Shown: one piece after another, positions 23,279 through 35,784 of the stretch
How the letters are laid out: each line of letters begins with the position of its first letter
Numbering within the stretch: the first letter of the stretch is position 1
Assembly (NCBI GenBank): GCA_965240325.2
Contig: OZ251232.1
Location: 806,001-870,000 of the forward strand
DNA: 64,000 nucleotides
Source: Rebecca billardiae RCC1528
Lineage: Eukaryota > Protista > Haptophyta
Direction: 5' to 3'
The notes under the pieces: generated by a model
What the model saw: the letters and a program-made list of their open reading frames with translations, nothing else
Told to the model about the DNA's origin: nothing
Database searches by the model: none
Position numbers and translations under genes: made by a program

Positions 23279-23671
23279 ATGAAGCTTCTGGTTGGCGTTG
23301 GCATGCTTATGCTGAGCACGCTGTCCGATGCGTACCATGCAGGCACGCCGACAGGCATCGTCCAGAGCCGTCTGCCACTGGCGTCGCGCCGCTCGGCCTT
23401 GCTCCTCTCGGACACGCCCCCGCCGGCAGGGGACGAAGCGGGCACGACGGAGCAGGACGTGCAGGCACCGCCTCCTCCGAGCGCGCCGCAGCAGGCGCAG
23501 GAGCGCTCAGAGCCGTCGTTCTCGGTGAAGGACGTCCTGACCGCGCTGCCGTACGCACTCGGCCTCTGCGCCATCACCACGCTCTTGATGTCGCAGGCGG
23601 GCCTCTTTGACAATTTCGACCTCAACTTGCCAGGCATCGAGATTCCCGCCGAATGGCTCGAGGAGTCGTAA
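23279..23671 (+). CDS. Small predicted plastid-targeted single-pass membrane protein
   Basis: Signal peptide ending SDA|YH, Ser/Arg-rich transit-like stretch, acidic/Pro linker, one C-terminal TM helix. Confidence 0.7.
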   Translation: MKLLVGVGMLMLSTLSDAYHAGTPTGIVQSRLPLASRRSALLLSDTPPPAGDEAGTTEQDVQAPPPPSAPQQAQERSEPSFSVKDVLTALPYALGLCAITTLLMSQAGLFDNFDLNLPGIEIPAEWLEES

Positions 23672-24180
23672 TGTCGCTTCGTGATGGACGTGCGCGTGGT
23701 GGCGAGGAGCACATGGGCGGCGACGAGAGCAGTGGAGCCGCGCTGTCGAATACGGTTAACGGGCGCGCGGCGTCTAGTAGTAGTGGCCTGGCTGCCGATC
23801 GGCGACATCCGGGCCTGGTACGCGATATATCGTCATCAACAGCGCGCATCAATCGTCTGCTGATGCGCGCTGTGATGACGCACGACTATATATATATGAT
23901 GATGAGCGTATATATCGGCGCACGTAATGCGGTCGCGCGTCTAATTACTAATACTCTAATCGTCCGCGTAACTTTGCCAAAGTTACTTTCAGCGAGTAGT
24001 CTCGGGCCACTAGTGGCAAGTCTGAATACTGTAGACTGCTGCGGCGCAGCAGCTGCAAATAATTAATAATGCATGCAGGCCTATAGTGTGAAATCAGCTG
24101 CAAACCGTGCTACGGCAGGCCCGCAGCCGCACTGCCGCACGGTTTATTGACTTCGATAATGACGCTAGTCTAGTGAGTTA

Positions 24181-24750
24181 CAGGCAATCGCGGGCAATAA
24201 GGAGCTGTCACGTTTAAAGAACTGGGGCTTGCTACAGTATCTGCGGATCTGGCCTAGAAATTAAAACTGCTAGCCGATTGGCTGGTTCGCTATCTATTAC
24301 CGCCGTGACTAATACGCACTTCACCGTTCACGCATAGTCACACGAAGAAACCGCCGCCGGGACTAACGTCGTCGCGGCTGACGTGGTCCGCCGACGAGGC
24401 CGCAGTGCGGAGTGCGGCCCGTGGGAAGCGGCGCGCGGCCCGACTACGACCAAGTCCCGACTTATTCTCCTGACTGACTCCTGGCCAGTGCACCGCGGCA
24501 TCCATGCAACATCATGTCAGATTTGCTCTAAAATGGCCCGAATGTTTTCTTCGTCGGCCTCGCCGGCCGGGCCTAAAGACTCAGCGGGGGGCTCTGTCCC
24601 CCTGCGCCCCCCGGGCTGCGCGGCGGGCGGAGCCACCTAGCTAGCTTTGAAGAAACTGAGACTCCGTAGGCGCTCGGGCTAACGAACAGGCTAAGTAACC
24701 CAGACTAGCCGTGAGATCTCTGACTTATTCTTATTGCCCGCGATTGCCTG
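24181..24750 (+). mobile_element. TA-TSD MITE family A, copy 1 (570 bp)
   Basis: 21-bp TIR CAGGCAATCGCGGGCAATAAG / CTTATTGCCCGCGATTGCCTG flanked by TA. Homologous (inverted) to 56148-56659 and 62965-63542. Confidence 0.92.
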
Positions 24751-25371
24751 TACCGTGAGTGAGTGTACGGCGGCAGACGCTGACTCTGACAGACATCGTC
24801 ACAATATATTAAATATGATGCTGGTGTCAGTGTCTGCCCGCGCGGCCGTGACGCGGAATGCGCCGTCCGCGGCGTCCGCGGGGCCTCAGGCTCCGACATC
24901 AATGCGCTGATGATAATAACATCAATATAATGACGATATATTTATAATATATCGATCTATATATATAGTGATAATGATGTCGGAGCAGCAGTGGCGCGCG
25001 CGTGATCGATGTAGTCATATTCGATCAGCATCGGATATCGGCGGAGTCGGAGTGCGATGACGAGATATTATTGATGAGTCACCGAGTAGAGTGCTATAAA
25101 TACGTCTCAGAGTCTCAGAGTGTCGTCACGGAGTCGGGCTACTGCGTGAGCAGAGTCGCTGAGGCTGCCAGCAGCTGAGTCAGGCTGACAGTCTGACTGA
25201 TCAGATGATCGATATGCGCGGCGGTATTCCGCGACCGCGCTGCGCGGCCGCGCGGCGCCGCCCGGAGTCGGACCGGCGGCGGCGGCCGGGCGGCGGCGGC
25301 GGCCCAGCCGCGCGGCCTGCGGGGCTGCCCGGCGGGCCCCGCGGGCGCGGGGCCGCGCCCCGCGGGTCGCG

Positions 25372-27730
25372 TCACACCGCCTGCAGCCCGCTCGCGGCGA
25401 GGAAGTTGAACGCGAGCACGAACTCGTCGCGCTCCTCGAGCGACTCGCACAGCACGTACAGCCTGCGCGCACACGGGCTGAGCTCGTCCTCGTCGAGCTC
25501 GAGCAGCGGCTGGTCCCAGAGCGGGATGCGCGCGCTCGCGCCGTCGGTCAGCGCCCACTGCACGAGCGCACCGCCCAGGCCGACCACGCCGGGCAGTCGC
25601 AGCTTGAGCTCGCGCTTGGTGACCACGGCGATGTACTGCGCGAGCGTCGACCCGCCCGGCGAGGAGGGCGCGGCCGGGCGCGCGCCGAGGCTCAGCCGCC
25701 GGGCGTCGGCGTCGTCCGCCGCGCCCGCCGCAGCGCCGACGCCCGCCTCGGCGAGCGCAGTCGCTATCTCGGGCGGCAGGCGGCGCAGCTGCTCCTCCGC
25801 CGCTCCCACGCCCGCCTCGACCGGCGCCGCGCGCACGCGGAGCTCTGCCCAGCCCCAGCTGTGCGCCGAGCGCACGGCCGCCTCGCCGTCCTCGCCCGGC
25901 GCGACGGGCGCGTGCGTCGTCGCGACGAGCGCGCAGCCGAAGACGCGCTCCGCGCCGACGTGCGCGTACGGCGCGCACGCGAGCGCGAGGCGGCAGTGCA
26001 CGTCCTCCGCAGAGGGGCGGTAGTGCCGCTCGCACGCGCCGCCGATGGGCACGCGCGCGCCGCCCGCGTGCACGCGCCACCACTGCAGCGCGCAGCCGTG
26101 CGCGTGCGCCGTGCGCGGCACGGCCGCCTCCAGGGGCTCTCCGACCGCGGGCGCGCGCGCGCCCAGCGCCTCGCCGCCCGCCAGGCCGAGCGCGGGCTCA
26201 ACAAAGAGCAGAGGGCTGGGCGGCGGCGGCGCCAGCCCGCCGCCCGCCTCGAGCGCGGAGCGGCCGCTGGCGGCGCCGAGCCTCGACACGTCCGGCAGAG
26301 GCAGCGCTCCGGCCGAGGCGGCGCGCTGGCCCATCTTGGCGATGGTGAGCTCAATCAGGTCGCGGTGCCACGCGCTCGGCGCGCGCAGCGTGAACCTGCC
26401 GCGCGGCGTCGAGCACGCGGCGCGCGCGCGGGGCGGCGAGGTGCGCCGCCGCGCGCCTCGTGCGCGTGAATGCCGGGCCAGCCCACGGCGCTGGCGGCGG
26501 TGGCGCACAGCGCGTGCGCAGCAGTAGGGCGCGGCGCGCGCGCGCGCGCCCTCGCGCGGCGCGCGGCGCGCGGCGCGCGCACAATCGCCCCGCGCCGTTG
26601 CCCGCCGCGAGCAGCAGCGTGAAGCGGCGGTGCTGCGCGTCGCCCTCGTCCGCGCTGAACACGGTGCGCGCGCCCGCTGCGCGCCCGCGGCCGAACGGCG
26701 CGTGCCTCCGGCGCAGCTTGGAGTGGAGCACGGTGACACCGTCCATGCTGACCGTGAGCGTGCACGCGCGCTCGCTCGCAGGCTCGGGCGCGCAGCCGCC
26801 GGCCGCGCCGTGCGCTCGGGCGGCCAGGGCGTGCTCGGGGTCTGCGGCAGAGGCGCGCCGCGCCGCAAGCCGCGCAGCGAGCCCGCCGCCCGCGCCGCCG
26901 CCGCCCGCGCCGCCGCCCTCCGAGCTGGTGAGGGCGCGCGTGAGGGCGCGCGGCAAGGCTCGCTTGGGCCGCGCCCCGGGGCTGAGGCCGCCCTCCTGCG
27001 CGCCGCCCTCCTGCGCACCCGCGCACCCGCCGCCGCCGCCGTCCCCGCCGTCCCCGCGCCCTTCCTCCGCCGCGGCGCCCTCCCCGAGCAGCTGTGCGTC
27101 GAACGCGGCCGAGTGCGCGGCGAGCGCCGCGGAGACAGCGTCGCGCTGCGCGGGCGACATAGGCACGACCGCTGAGTACGCGGTGGCTCTGACGAGGACG
27201 GCGGCCCCGCCGGCTGGGCGCCCGCCGGCGTCCGTCGGCGCGGCGAGCGAGGCCGTCGCGCTCACGGTCGCGTCCACGTCGGTGGCGCTGAGCACGCGCG
27301 CGTGCGCGCGGCCGTCCGCGCCGCGCTGCGCGCCCAGCTCAGCAGGCCGCTCGGCGCGCCCGTGGTGGCAGAGGCGGCGCCACGTGACGGCGCTGATGCG
27401 GAGGGCGTCGGCGCGCGCTGAGCGCCGGCCCACGCCACGGCGGTCGAGCGTCACGACGGGCTTGAGCGTCGCGCCGCACACGCTCGCCCCGTGCAGCGTC
27501 AACAGCGGCAGCGGCGCGGCACAGAGCTGCACGTCCGCGCCACCGCCCAGTCCGAGCCAGCCGGCGAGGGACGAGGCCCGCGCCTCCTCCTGCGCCAGCC
27601 AGTGCAGCGCCTCCGGGCCGGTGCCCTGCGGGATGCGCTCGGCGACCTCGGACACGTGGATCAGCTCGCCCGTGTCCAGGTTGCGCACCATCTCGAAGGC
27701 GATCGCGTGGTGCGCGTTGGCTGCGCTCTC

Positions 27731-27770
<40 letters not shown>

Positions 27771-28756
27771 GCCGCCGCGCCCGCGCCCGCGCACCGCGCA
27801 CCGCATGAGCCCGTGCTGAGCTGCGCCTTCGCCGCGCTGACCTCGGCGAGTGGGATGGCGACGGTCAGCGCCTCGAGGACGTACCCGCCCGCCTCCTCGT
27901 CGCCGGCCTCCGCCGCCATCGCGCGCAGCGTGACTGCATACGCGTCAGCGCTGGCGTGCGTGTAGCTCGCGCCCTCGGGCGCCGCGCGGACGGCCGCCGC
28001 GCCGCGCTCGACGCGCTGCGGCACGTGCACGATGCACTCGCTGGTGAAGAAGCGCCTGCCCGCGAGCGGCGCGGGCGGCGGCGGGCGCACCGCCGACTGC
28101 CGCCGCGCAATGCTCAGCTTGGCGACGAACAGCGCCGCGTGCTCCGCGCCCTTGCCGCTGGGCGCGCCCAGCCCGGCCGCCGGGGGCGTCGGCGGCTGCG
28201 GCGTGAAGAGCGCGCGCAGCGCGCTGCCCTTGCGCGACGTGCGGCGCTCGTGCTCGTCCGCGGAGCCAGCAGCCTGACGACTCGCGCCGTCGGGCGTGGG
28301 CTCGTCACGCGCGGGCATCCACGACGCCTTGGCCAGGATCGTCAGCCTGTCGCCGCCGCGCACGGCGATGGGCGTGGCGCTGAGCTGCTCCGCAGACCAG
28401 TGGAGCGTGACCGCCCGCTCGGAGCCGCCGGCGCCCTGACCGGCCGCCTTGCGCAGAGCCTTGCCCGCGGCGCGCGCGGCGGGGTGCGGCGTGCTCACGG
28501 GCTGCGGCATCGCGTCCGCATACACGCCGTCGAGCGAGACGCCGTTGAGCGAGAAGTCGACGCTCCACGCCACGCGCGCGAGGTCGATCGAGCCGGGCTC
28601 CCGCCCGAGGTCAGTCCCGGAGCCGTGCGGGTCGGCGCCCGCGGCCGGCCTCCTCCCAACGCCGGGCTTTGTGCCCAGCATGGAGCGCAGCGCGCCCAGG
28701 CTCGGCGGCCTGGGCACAAGGGCGGCAGCCCCCGCCGGTTGTGGTGGCGGCGCCAT
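25372..28756 (-). CDS. Protein with tandem Ig-like (AIR9/A9, SCAB-like) + PH-like modules; exons 28756-26583 and 26395-25372
   Basis: LQWWRV...IGGACERHYRPSAEDVHCRLALACAP is an A9/Ig-type motif. PH-like terminal helices FTLRAPSAWHRDLIELTI and YVLCESLEERDEFVLAF. GT-AG intron 26396-26582. Confidence 0.7.
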
Positions 28757-28857
28757 CGTCGAATTCTGGACGGCCAAAGGAGGCCGCGCCAGGGCGCCAG
28801 CAAGGGGCCGCCGGAGCACGGAGTCCGGGCGCGCAAGGAAAGGTGTCGGTTTCCAAG

Positions 28858-30135
28858 ATGGCAGCGGCCGAGGACCCGATCACACACGTCGAAGGCCTGA
28901 TCCAGCAAGGGCTGGTGGAGGTGTTCCGCGAGCGCCCGGCCAACCCCGCGCGATTTCTCGCGCGCTGGATCTCCGAGCGCAGCGGCTCGTCCGCCACCGG
29001 CGAGGAGCTCCCCAACACCTCCGCGCTGATCGAGGAATGCAACGCGATCGCAGCCAAGCTGCACAAGGTGCGCGCGGGCAACGCGGAGCTCGAGCTCGAG
29101 CTCGAGGCGGCGCTCTCAGCCGTGCTCACGTCTGAGGCATCGCTCGCAGAAGACGAGGAGCGCGTCCAGCGCGGTGTGAAGCAAGCCCTCGCCGCAGCCG
29201 AGGCCGACCTCGCGGCCACTGTCAGCGAGGGCCAGTCTGAGATCGAGGTCGCCGCCAGGGAGGCGCTCGCGACCGAGCACCGGGCCAAGCTGGCGGAGCA
29301 GCGGCTGGCACAGAGCCGCGAGTATCTCGAGCAGCTCCGGGCGCTCGCGACCGACCTCGGCCTCGACGGCCCGGCCGCGCTGCCGGAGAGCGGCCAGCAG
29401 GCGGACGAGCAGGAGCAGCCGCCCCTGCGCAGCTCCGGGCTGATCGAGCTGGGCCGGGACAGCCCCGAGCCCGAGGAGCAGACTGCGCCGCGCTTCCAGC
29501 AGGCGGAGTCGAAGTCGGACACGCTCGGCTCGGGGATGGACGACGCGGCAGCGGACGACAGGTCGGCGGACGACGCGGACGCGGACAACATGTCGACTGC
29601 GGCCGTCGACGACGAGAGCACGCACCGGCGCGCCACCATGGATCGGGACTCGGTCGCCGCTCTGATGGCGGCGCAGGGGTCGCTCGCCGACACGTACGGC
29701 GACACGGGCAACCTGGCCGTGGAAGAGCCGGGCACGGCGGACAACGTGTCCACTGCGGCCCTCGACGACGAGAGCACGCACCGGCGCGCCACGCTCGAGC
29801 CGGACTCGGTGGAGAGCCTCTTGCGCGCAGGGCCCTCGCCTGCCGAGGAGGGCGAGTTCGCGGACGGCGGTGACGCGCCCAGCGCGGACGGCGGTGGCGA
29901 GGGCTCGCAGCAGCCCTCGGCGCAGCAGCCGGATCCCAATCTCCTCCAGGTGGACCCGTACTCGGACTCCAAATCCGCCGTGGACAACGCGTCGAATGTG
30001 GCCATCGACGACGAGAGCACGCACCGGCGGGCGACGCTGGGCGCTGACCTCGCAGCACCGGACAGCGAGGCGGAGGTGGCGCTGTCTGCAGCGGACGAGG
30101 CGGAGGAGCACGCGCCAGTGGCGGCGGAATGGTGA
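28858..30135 (+). CDS. Dpy-30/RIIa-like docking-dimerisation domain protein with coiled coil and three acidic DDESTHRRAT repeats
   Basis: N-terminal VEGLIQQGLVEVFRERPANPARFLARWI; repeats at ~29581, ~29737 and ~29980. Confidence 0.8.
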   Translation: MAAAEDPITHVEGLIQQGLVEVFRERPANPARFLARWISERSGSSATGEELPNTSALIEECNAIAAKLHKVRAGNAELELELEAALSAVLTSEASLAEDEERVQRGVKQALAAAEADLAATVSEGQSEIEVAAREALATEHRAKLAEQRLAQSREYLEQLRALATDLGLDGPAALPESGQQADEQEQPPLRSSGLIELGRDSPEPEEQTAPRFQQAESKSDTLGSGMDDAAADDRSADDADADNMSTAAVDDESTHRRATMDRDSVAALMAAQGSLADTYGDTGNLAVEEPGTADNVSTAALDDESTHRRATLEPDSVESLLRAGPSPAEEGEFADGGDAPSADGGGEGSQQPSAQQPDPNLLQVDPYSDSKSAVDNASNVAIDDESTHRRATLGADLAAPDSEAEVALSAADEAEEHAPVAAEW

Positions 30136-30555
30136 GCCGGCGGCTTGGCGACAGCAGGCGGTGCTGCGGCCAGCCTTACTGTTGGGTGTGGCACCTCGGC
30201 GTCAGAAGGCGCCGACGCTGGCTATCCTACTCGGCATATCCACTGACCACTATCCAGTATCCTGCCAGGCGGCCCTGGCAGCAGGCTGAGCAGCAGCAGT
30301 CGCGAGCTCGTCCGACCAGTGCTGGCGCACTGCAGTGTCCCGCGGTCGCCCTGCCATAGCAGTGCATGCGTATACAATGCTGCTGATGCAATATCACTGT
30401 GCGAGGCGCCCGGCGTCACCCTGACCCGTGGCCGTGCGGGGCGCATCAGCAGATCGACAGCATATATATATATTCACATCAGCAACCAGTAGGCAGAGCA
30501 GCACTGCCGCGCTGCCGCCCGCTGCTTGCTTGCGCACGGACGACCATCACGGCTG

Positions 30556-32977
30556 CTAGATGAAGATACCGCCTGGTACCTTGCTGCTCCGCGGCGGGGG
30601 GCTCATGATGTACGAGTCGTAGCACTTCTCGCACACGAAGCGCACGTTGCCCTTCTCCTTGGCCGTCACGCCCACGAGCAGCTCGGCGAGCGCCTTCCGC
30701 CCGCCCTCCTTGCTCACCACGTTGAACGGGCTGAACGGCTCCGCCTCCGAGGTCAGCTTGGAGTACTCGCTTCTGACGAACGCCTGCGCGCGCGGCGGGG
30801 GGCAGCGTGCGCGACCGATCCCCTCAGCACAGCCGCGCCGCGCGGGCCGCGCGCCGCGCGCGCACGCGCGCACGTCGGCCCACTCCTCCGCGATCGCCTC
30901 GACCGAGTGCTCGACGTGCGCGACGCGCCACGGCACGAAGTGCGGGTGCGGCGCGACCGCGCGGATGTGCATCGCGTTGATCCCGCCCTCCTCGAGCACT
31001 TTGCGCTGCTTCTCGGTGAAGCCCATCGTGAACGCCACCCCCTGGTCGTCCACGCAGTTGTCCTGCCCGTCCAGCCGGGTGACAATCACCTTGTCCACCT
31101 TGGGCTCTCGCGCAATGTGCTTGGGCATGCCCACGCCCGCGGCCGCGCCGCCGCCCGCTGCCCCCTTCGCGCCGCCGCCGCCGCCGCCGCCGGCCTTGCC
31201 GCCAGTGGATGCCGCGGCCGCGCTCGAGCCCGCCTCCTCGATGCGCAGGCACTCGTCGTACCCCTGCAGGAAGAAGCGGCCGGTCTCGCGATCGCGCTCG
31301 AGCGTGTACGTGCCCGCCACCTCCTGCTCGCCCAGCCGCACCGGGTAGTCGTTGCGGTAGCGCGGCCGGTACGGGCATGCGCCGTCGGGCGTGCCCTTGG
31401 GGCCGGCGCAGCAGATGTACTGCGCGCCGGCCTCGTCGACGAAGCCCGCGCCCCTGAAGCGCGGCTTCGTCGGGAACATCGTCATCGGGTCGAGGAACGT
31501 GACGAGCGAGGTCGCGTACCCCGTGAGCTTCCCCTTGTCCTGTGCCGAGACCCTGCCCTTGAGCAGCCTGCCGCTGCTCGGCTCGCGCACCTCCACCTCG
31601 ATCTCTGAGGCGCTGCCCTCCGTCTTGCCCATGTTGCCGCCCAGCAGCCGGAAGTACACGCTCTCGCCCGGCTTGCGCGGCTGCACCGTCACGTTGCCCT
31701 CCCCCGCCACGCCGGAGAGCGTGACCGAGCCCCTCTCGCTCTCCAGCCTGGGCACGTGCAGCAGCCGGCGCGCGGTCGGCTCGCCCTCCTCCGCCGCCGT
31801 GTTGGAGAAGAAGTGCGAGATCTCGTCCGAGATCGACTCCCAGATCGACTCCTCCCACGGGCGCGGCAGCGACTCCTTGGTGCGATTCTCGGACGCGAGC
31901 TTCTGCTCGATCTTCTCCCGGAACTTGTTCTTCACCTGCGCGCACGCGCGCGCGCGCGCGGCGGACACGGGCGTGTGCGCGCGCGTGTGCGCTGGCTGAG
32001 CTCGAGCCAGCGCGGCAGGCCGCGCGCGAAGCGCCGTCGCGGCGCGTGCCTGGATGCCGATTTGCCGCTGGATGCGCGCCTCCGGCTTGAGCCGCGAGGC
32101 GACCTCGGCGAGGTCGTCGTTGATCGCCGGCGCGTTCCCGAACAGCCCGACCGACTCGATCGTGCCGTTGTCCTGCAGCCCGTCGATGATGTCGCTCACG
32201 CCCGGCTCGCCGATGCCGTTGGCTCCGACGTCGAGCTTCTTCAGCCGGCGGTTGTACTGGAGGAGCCGGCCGATGTGCTTGGCGCCGGCGTCCTCGAGCT
32301 TGTTGTACTGGAGGTACAGCTCGGTGAGCGTGCTGTTGCCGATCAGCGCGTCGACCAGCGTCTTGATCCCCTTGTCCGTGATCTTGTTGTGGTTGAGGTA
32401 GAGCGAGCGGCAGTACTTGGCGCCCTCGTGCACCGCCTTGCGCGACGGGTCGATTGCTGCGCGCGAGCGGCGGCGGCGGCGGTGGGTCGCGCGCCTCGGG
32501 CTCCGGAACCCCGCGGCGGCCCGGGAGCGCCCCATGCGCACGCAAAGCGAGCGCGTGTGCGCGCGTTCGCGCGCACCGTCGCGCCGGTTGCCGTCGAGCA
32601 GAGGCGCAAAGTACGCAACCTCCTTGTCACCCAGCCCAATCATCGCGAGGTTGATGCGCTCCTTCTTCGACTGCGCACACGCGGGCGGGCACGCGGGCGG
32701 TGGCGGCGGATGGTAAGGGATGTGAGCGACGCGTGGCTCTCTGCCGCGCTCGACCCGCGCCGCGCCCGCACGCAGCTCTGCGCATCGCGGCGGTGGGGCG
32801 CCGCACCGCAAACAGCCGGCGGAAGTCCTTCTCAGAGATGTCGACGCGGTCGTTCTCGTCGACCGCGCGGAACTGCTCGACCATCTGCGGCGGGAGCGAC
32901 TCGAGCTGGTACCGCTCGTCATAGCACCCGGGCGGCAGCTGCTTGTTCACGCAGCCACCCTGGAAGGGCGCGGGCAT
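30556..32977 (-). CDS. RI-like leucine-rich repeat protein; exons 32977-32807, 32670-32577, 32456-32050, 31935-30874, 30783-30556
   Basis: SLYLNHNKITDKG, ELYLQYNKLEDAGA, KLDVGANGIGEPG repeats. Four predicted introns, one with a GC donor (32049), all giving a continuous frame. Confidence 0.85.
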
Positions 32978-33121
32978 CGCGCGGGAGCCGGCCCTCGCGA
33001 GCGTTTGCACGATGGCGGCCGTTGATAAAATCGGCAGGCGTGTGGTCCAACGGTCGTCTTGCATTTGCTGCGCACGCGGCAACCACTTTAAACCTCTCCT
33101 GCGGGGGGCGACGACGGGCCA

Positions 33122-35197
33122 ATGCCGAACGGTCGTCTCGTGGCGGCTGCTGGCGGTGGCGACGGACCGACCATCCGGCTAAACGGGCAGTGGCTCGCGA
33201 GCGAGCAGCGCGCATCCCGCGCCGTGGAGGAGACGAGCCACCTCCAGCACGAGCTCGCGCAGCGGGACACGTGCGTGCACGAGCTCAAGCGCCACTGTGC
33301 GGGCCTCGAGGAGGAGCTCGTGCAGGCGCGGACGCTGCTCTCGGCTGCGCGTGAGGAGGTGCTCGTCGCTCAGAAAGACACCGCGCACTGCCGCGCCCAG
33401 CACGCCGAGGCGCACGCGACCGTCGAATGCCTGCTGGTCGACATGCCACTCTATGAGAACGCGCATGCGCTGATGATCAAGCACTACCACACGCTGCAGG
33501 CGCGGTGGCAGCAGGCGGAGAACGCGAGGTGCACGCGAGGGGGGGAGGGCACGCCGTGGCGCTCACACGCGAGGGTGCGCCCCTGCGTGCGGCACGCGCG
33601 TGCGCACGCGCGCACGGGGGCTCACGAGCGCGCGGTGTGCGTGTGCGCTGCGCGTGCTTCCTGCTGCGCAGAGCGCTCGCCGAGGTGAGCAGCAAGTCTG
33701 CGGCGACGGAGCTCGAGCGCGTCTCAAAGCTCCACCTGCAAGCCAACGCTCAGGCCACGTCGCTCAAGCTCAAGTGCGCGCCCTTGCGCGCGCGCGCGGC
33801 GCGCACCCAGCGGCCGCCACCGCGCCTGGTTCGGCCCTGGGCACTGTGCGCGCAGGCTGTCTGACACCCGCGCGGCGGGCCCGTCTCGCGCGCGCAGGCT
33901 TCGCGACACCGAGGACGAGCTCCACGACGCGCGTCGCCGCGTCGCCGAGCAGCAGCGCCACGCGCACGTGCTGCAGAAGGAGCGCGAGCGGCTGAACGAC
34001 CTGATCAAAGAGTGCCGGCGGCAGATGGCGGAGCTGCAGCGCGCGTCGAGCCGCGCGTCGGCGTCGTACGCGGCTCGGAGGCAGCAGCGCGCGGAGATGA
34101 TCGAGGCCGCCACAGAGGAGGCGAGGGCCTTCGATCCGCAGCGGCTGGCGCCCGTGACCGCGCGCTGGACAGGCCGCGCGCTCGAGGCGCGGCCGTCGCC
34201 GCCGCCGGTCGCCACGGGCGCCCCGCCTTCGGAGCCCGCGGCAGGCCCCCAGCCACGGCCGCCCTCGACGCCGGCCAAGGCTCGCGCGCCCGGCGCGGGC
34301 GCGCACGCGGCATCGGATGCGCCGGCCGACCGCGGCGCGCGGATCCACTCGGCGTCCTCCTCGGACGCGTCGTCCCCCGCTCGCGCCACGGACGACGCGT
34401 CGCGCTCGGCGGCCAAGACGCACTCGCGCGCAGCGGGCGGCACCGCGGCCGCGGGCGCCAAGGGGGCGCCCGGCGCGCGCGCGGACCTGGCTCAGGCTGG
34501 TGCCGACGGCGACGCGGCGACGGAGGGCTCGCCGCCCGCGCACCAAGCGCGCGGCGTCGCGCTCCTCACCCCGGAGGAGGCGAACAGAGTGCGGATGCAG
34601 CTGTTCGGCGGCGGTGCTGACGCCGACGCCGACGCCGACACCGCTGGCGGCGGCGTTGGCCCCTGGGCGGCGACGCCGCCACCGCCGCGCTCGCTGCGCG
34701 CGCGCGCGGCCGCGCTGCTCGAGCCGCAGGACGACGCGCACGTGAGCGTGCCCGTGCCTGGCCTGGCCGCGCCCTCGCGCTTCCGCAACTGGGACCTCGC
34801 GAGCGCGGAGGAGAAGGAGCGCGCGCTGCGCTCTGAGAACGGCGAGCTGCTCAAGGCGCTCACGACGCAGCTGGCGCGCTGCGGCCACCTGGAGCAGCAG
34901 CTCGCCGCGACGCGGACGGAGAACATCCAACTGCGGTACACGCGCGGCACGACGGCGGAGAGGCCCGCGTCCGCGCGCGCGCAGCCGGCTCGGCCAAGGA
35001 CGGGGCGCGAGCGGGGAGCGCAGGCGACGAGGCCGGCGCCAGCGTCTCGGCCTGCAAGCGCCTCCGCGGCCGCCGGGCCACAGGCGCGAGCCAGGGTGTC
35101 CTCGTCGACATCCGGACCGCAGATGGGCACGCAGCCGCAGCCGCCGCCCTCCGCGTCGCTCAAGGAGCGGGTCTCGCAGCGCGCGCAGAGGTCGTAG
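33122..35197 (+). CDS. Coiled-coil hypothetical protein; exons 33122-33528, 33672-33773, 33898-35197
   Basis: Heptad-rich E/Q/R/L segments in three ORF pieces joined by two canonical GT-AG introns. Confidence 0.7.
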
Positions 35198-35784
35198 GCG
35201 CGTAACGATCTGCATCTTGGGCAAGGCGACGGTGTGCGACAACGCGCCGATGCCGCGGAGGCGGTCTGCCAAGCTCGGCCCCGGCCCTGGGGCGCTCCGA
35301 CGGTGCCACAGGACTGGCCAGTGGCGCCGCGAGTGGTATATCAGCACCAGGGCGTCATGTTCCGAATGTATGCAAGGTCGGCCGCTCGTGCTCACGCGCG
35401 TCCGACACGGTGCCTGGCGGGCAAGCCCAATATACGAGTCAAATCTGGCGCGGCATGCTAGCGCTACGGAGTACGGTCTGCACTGCCTCTGGCTGACTGG
35501 CTCTGACCAGAGTGATGAACAGTCTGAGTCCGCGTCTGAACTCTGCTGAGATCATCAAAATTGATGATCACGGATTCGCGGTTGGTCTCATCAATCTTGA
35601 GCGCAAACTACCAGTCGTGTAAATTTGCATCGACAGTTTACTAAGAATAAGAGACGCACACAGCTCAGGCAGGCGAGATTAAATTGAGAAACCGAGCCTG
35701 ATTGCGCATTTCAATTCCACGTGCCGGTTCGCTCTGGTTCCCCCGACGACGCGCAGCCGACGACGGCGGGACCGCGGGAGCGGG

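Noticed and set aside
29581-30040. Spaced direct repeats resembling a CRISPR array
   Set aside because: In-frame coding repeats with 100-180-bp unequal spacers, eukaryotic context, no cas genes.
30784-32576. Several stop-free 3n-length introns suggesting programmed retention
   Set aside because: About 5-6 of ~18 predicted introns are 3n, as expected by chance; absence of stops follows from GC content.
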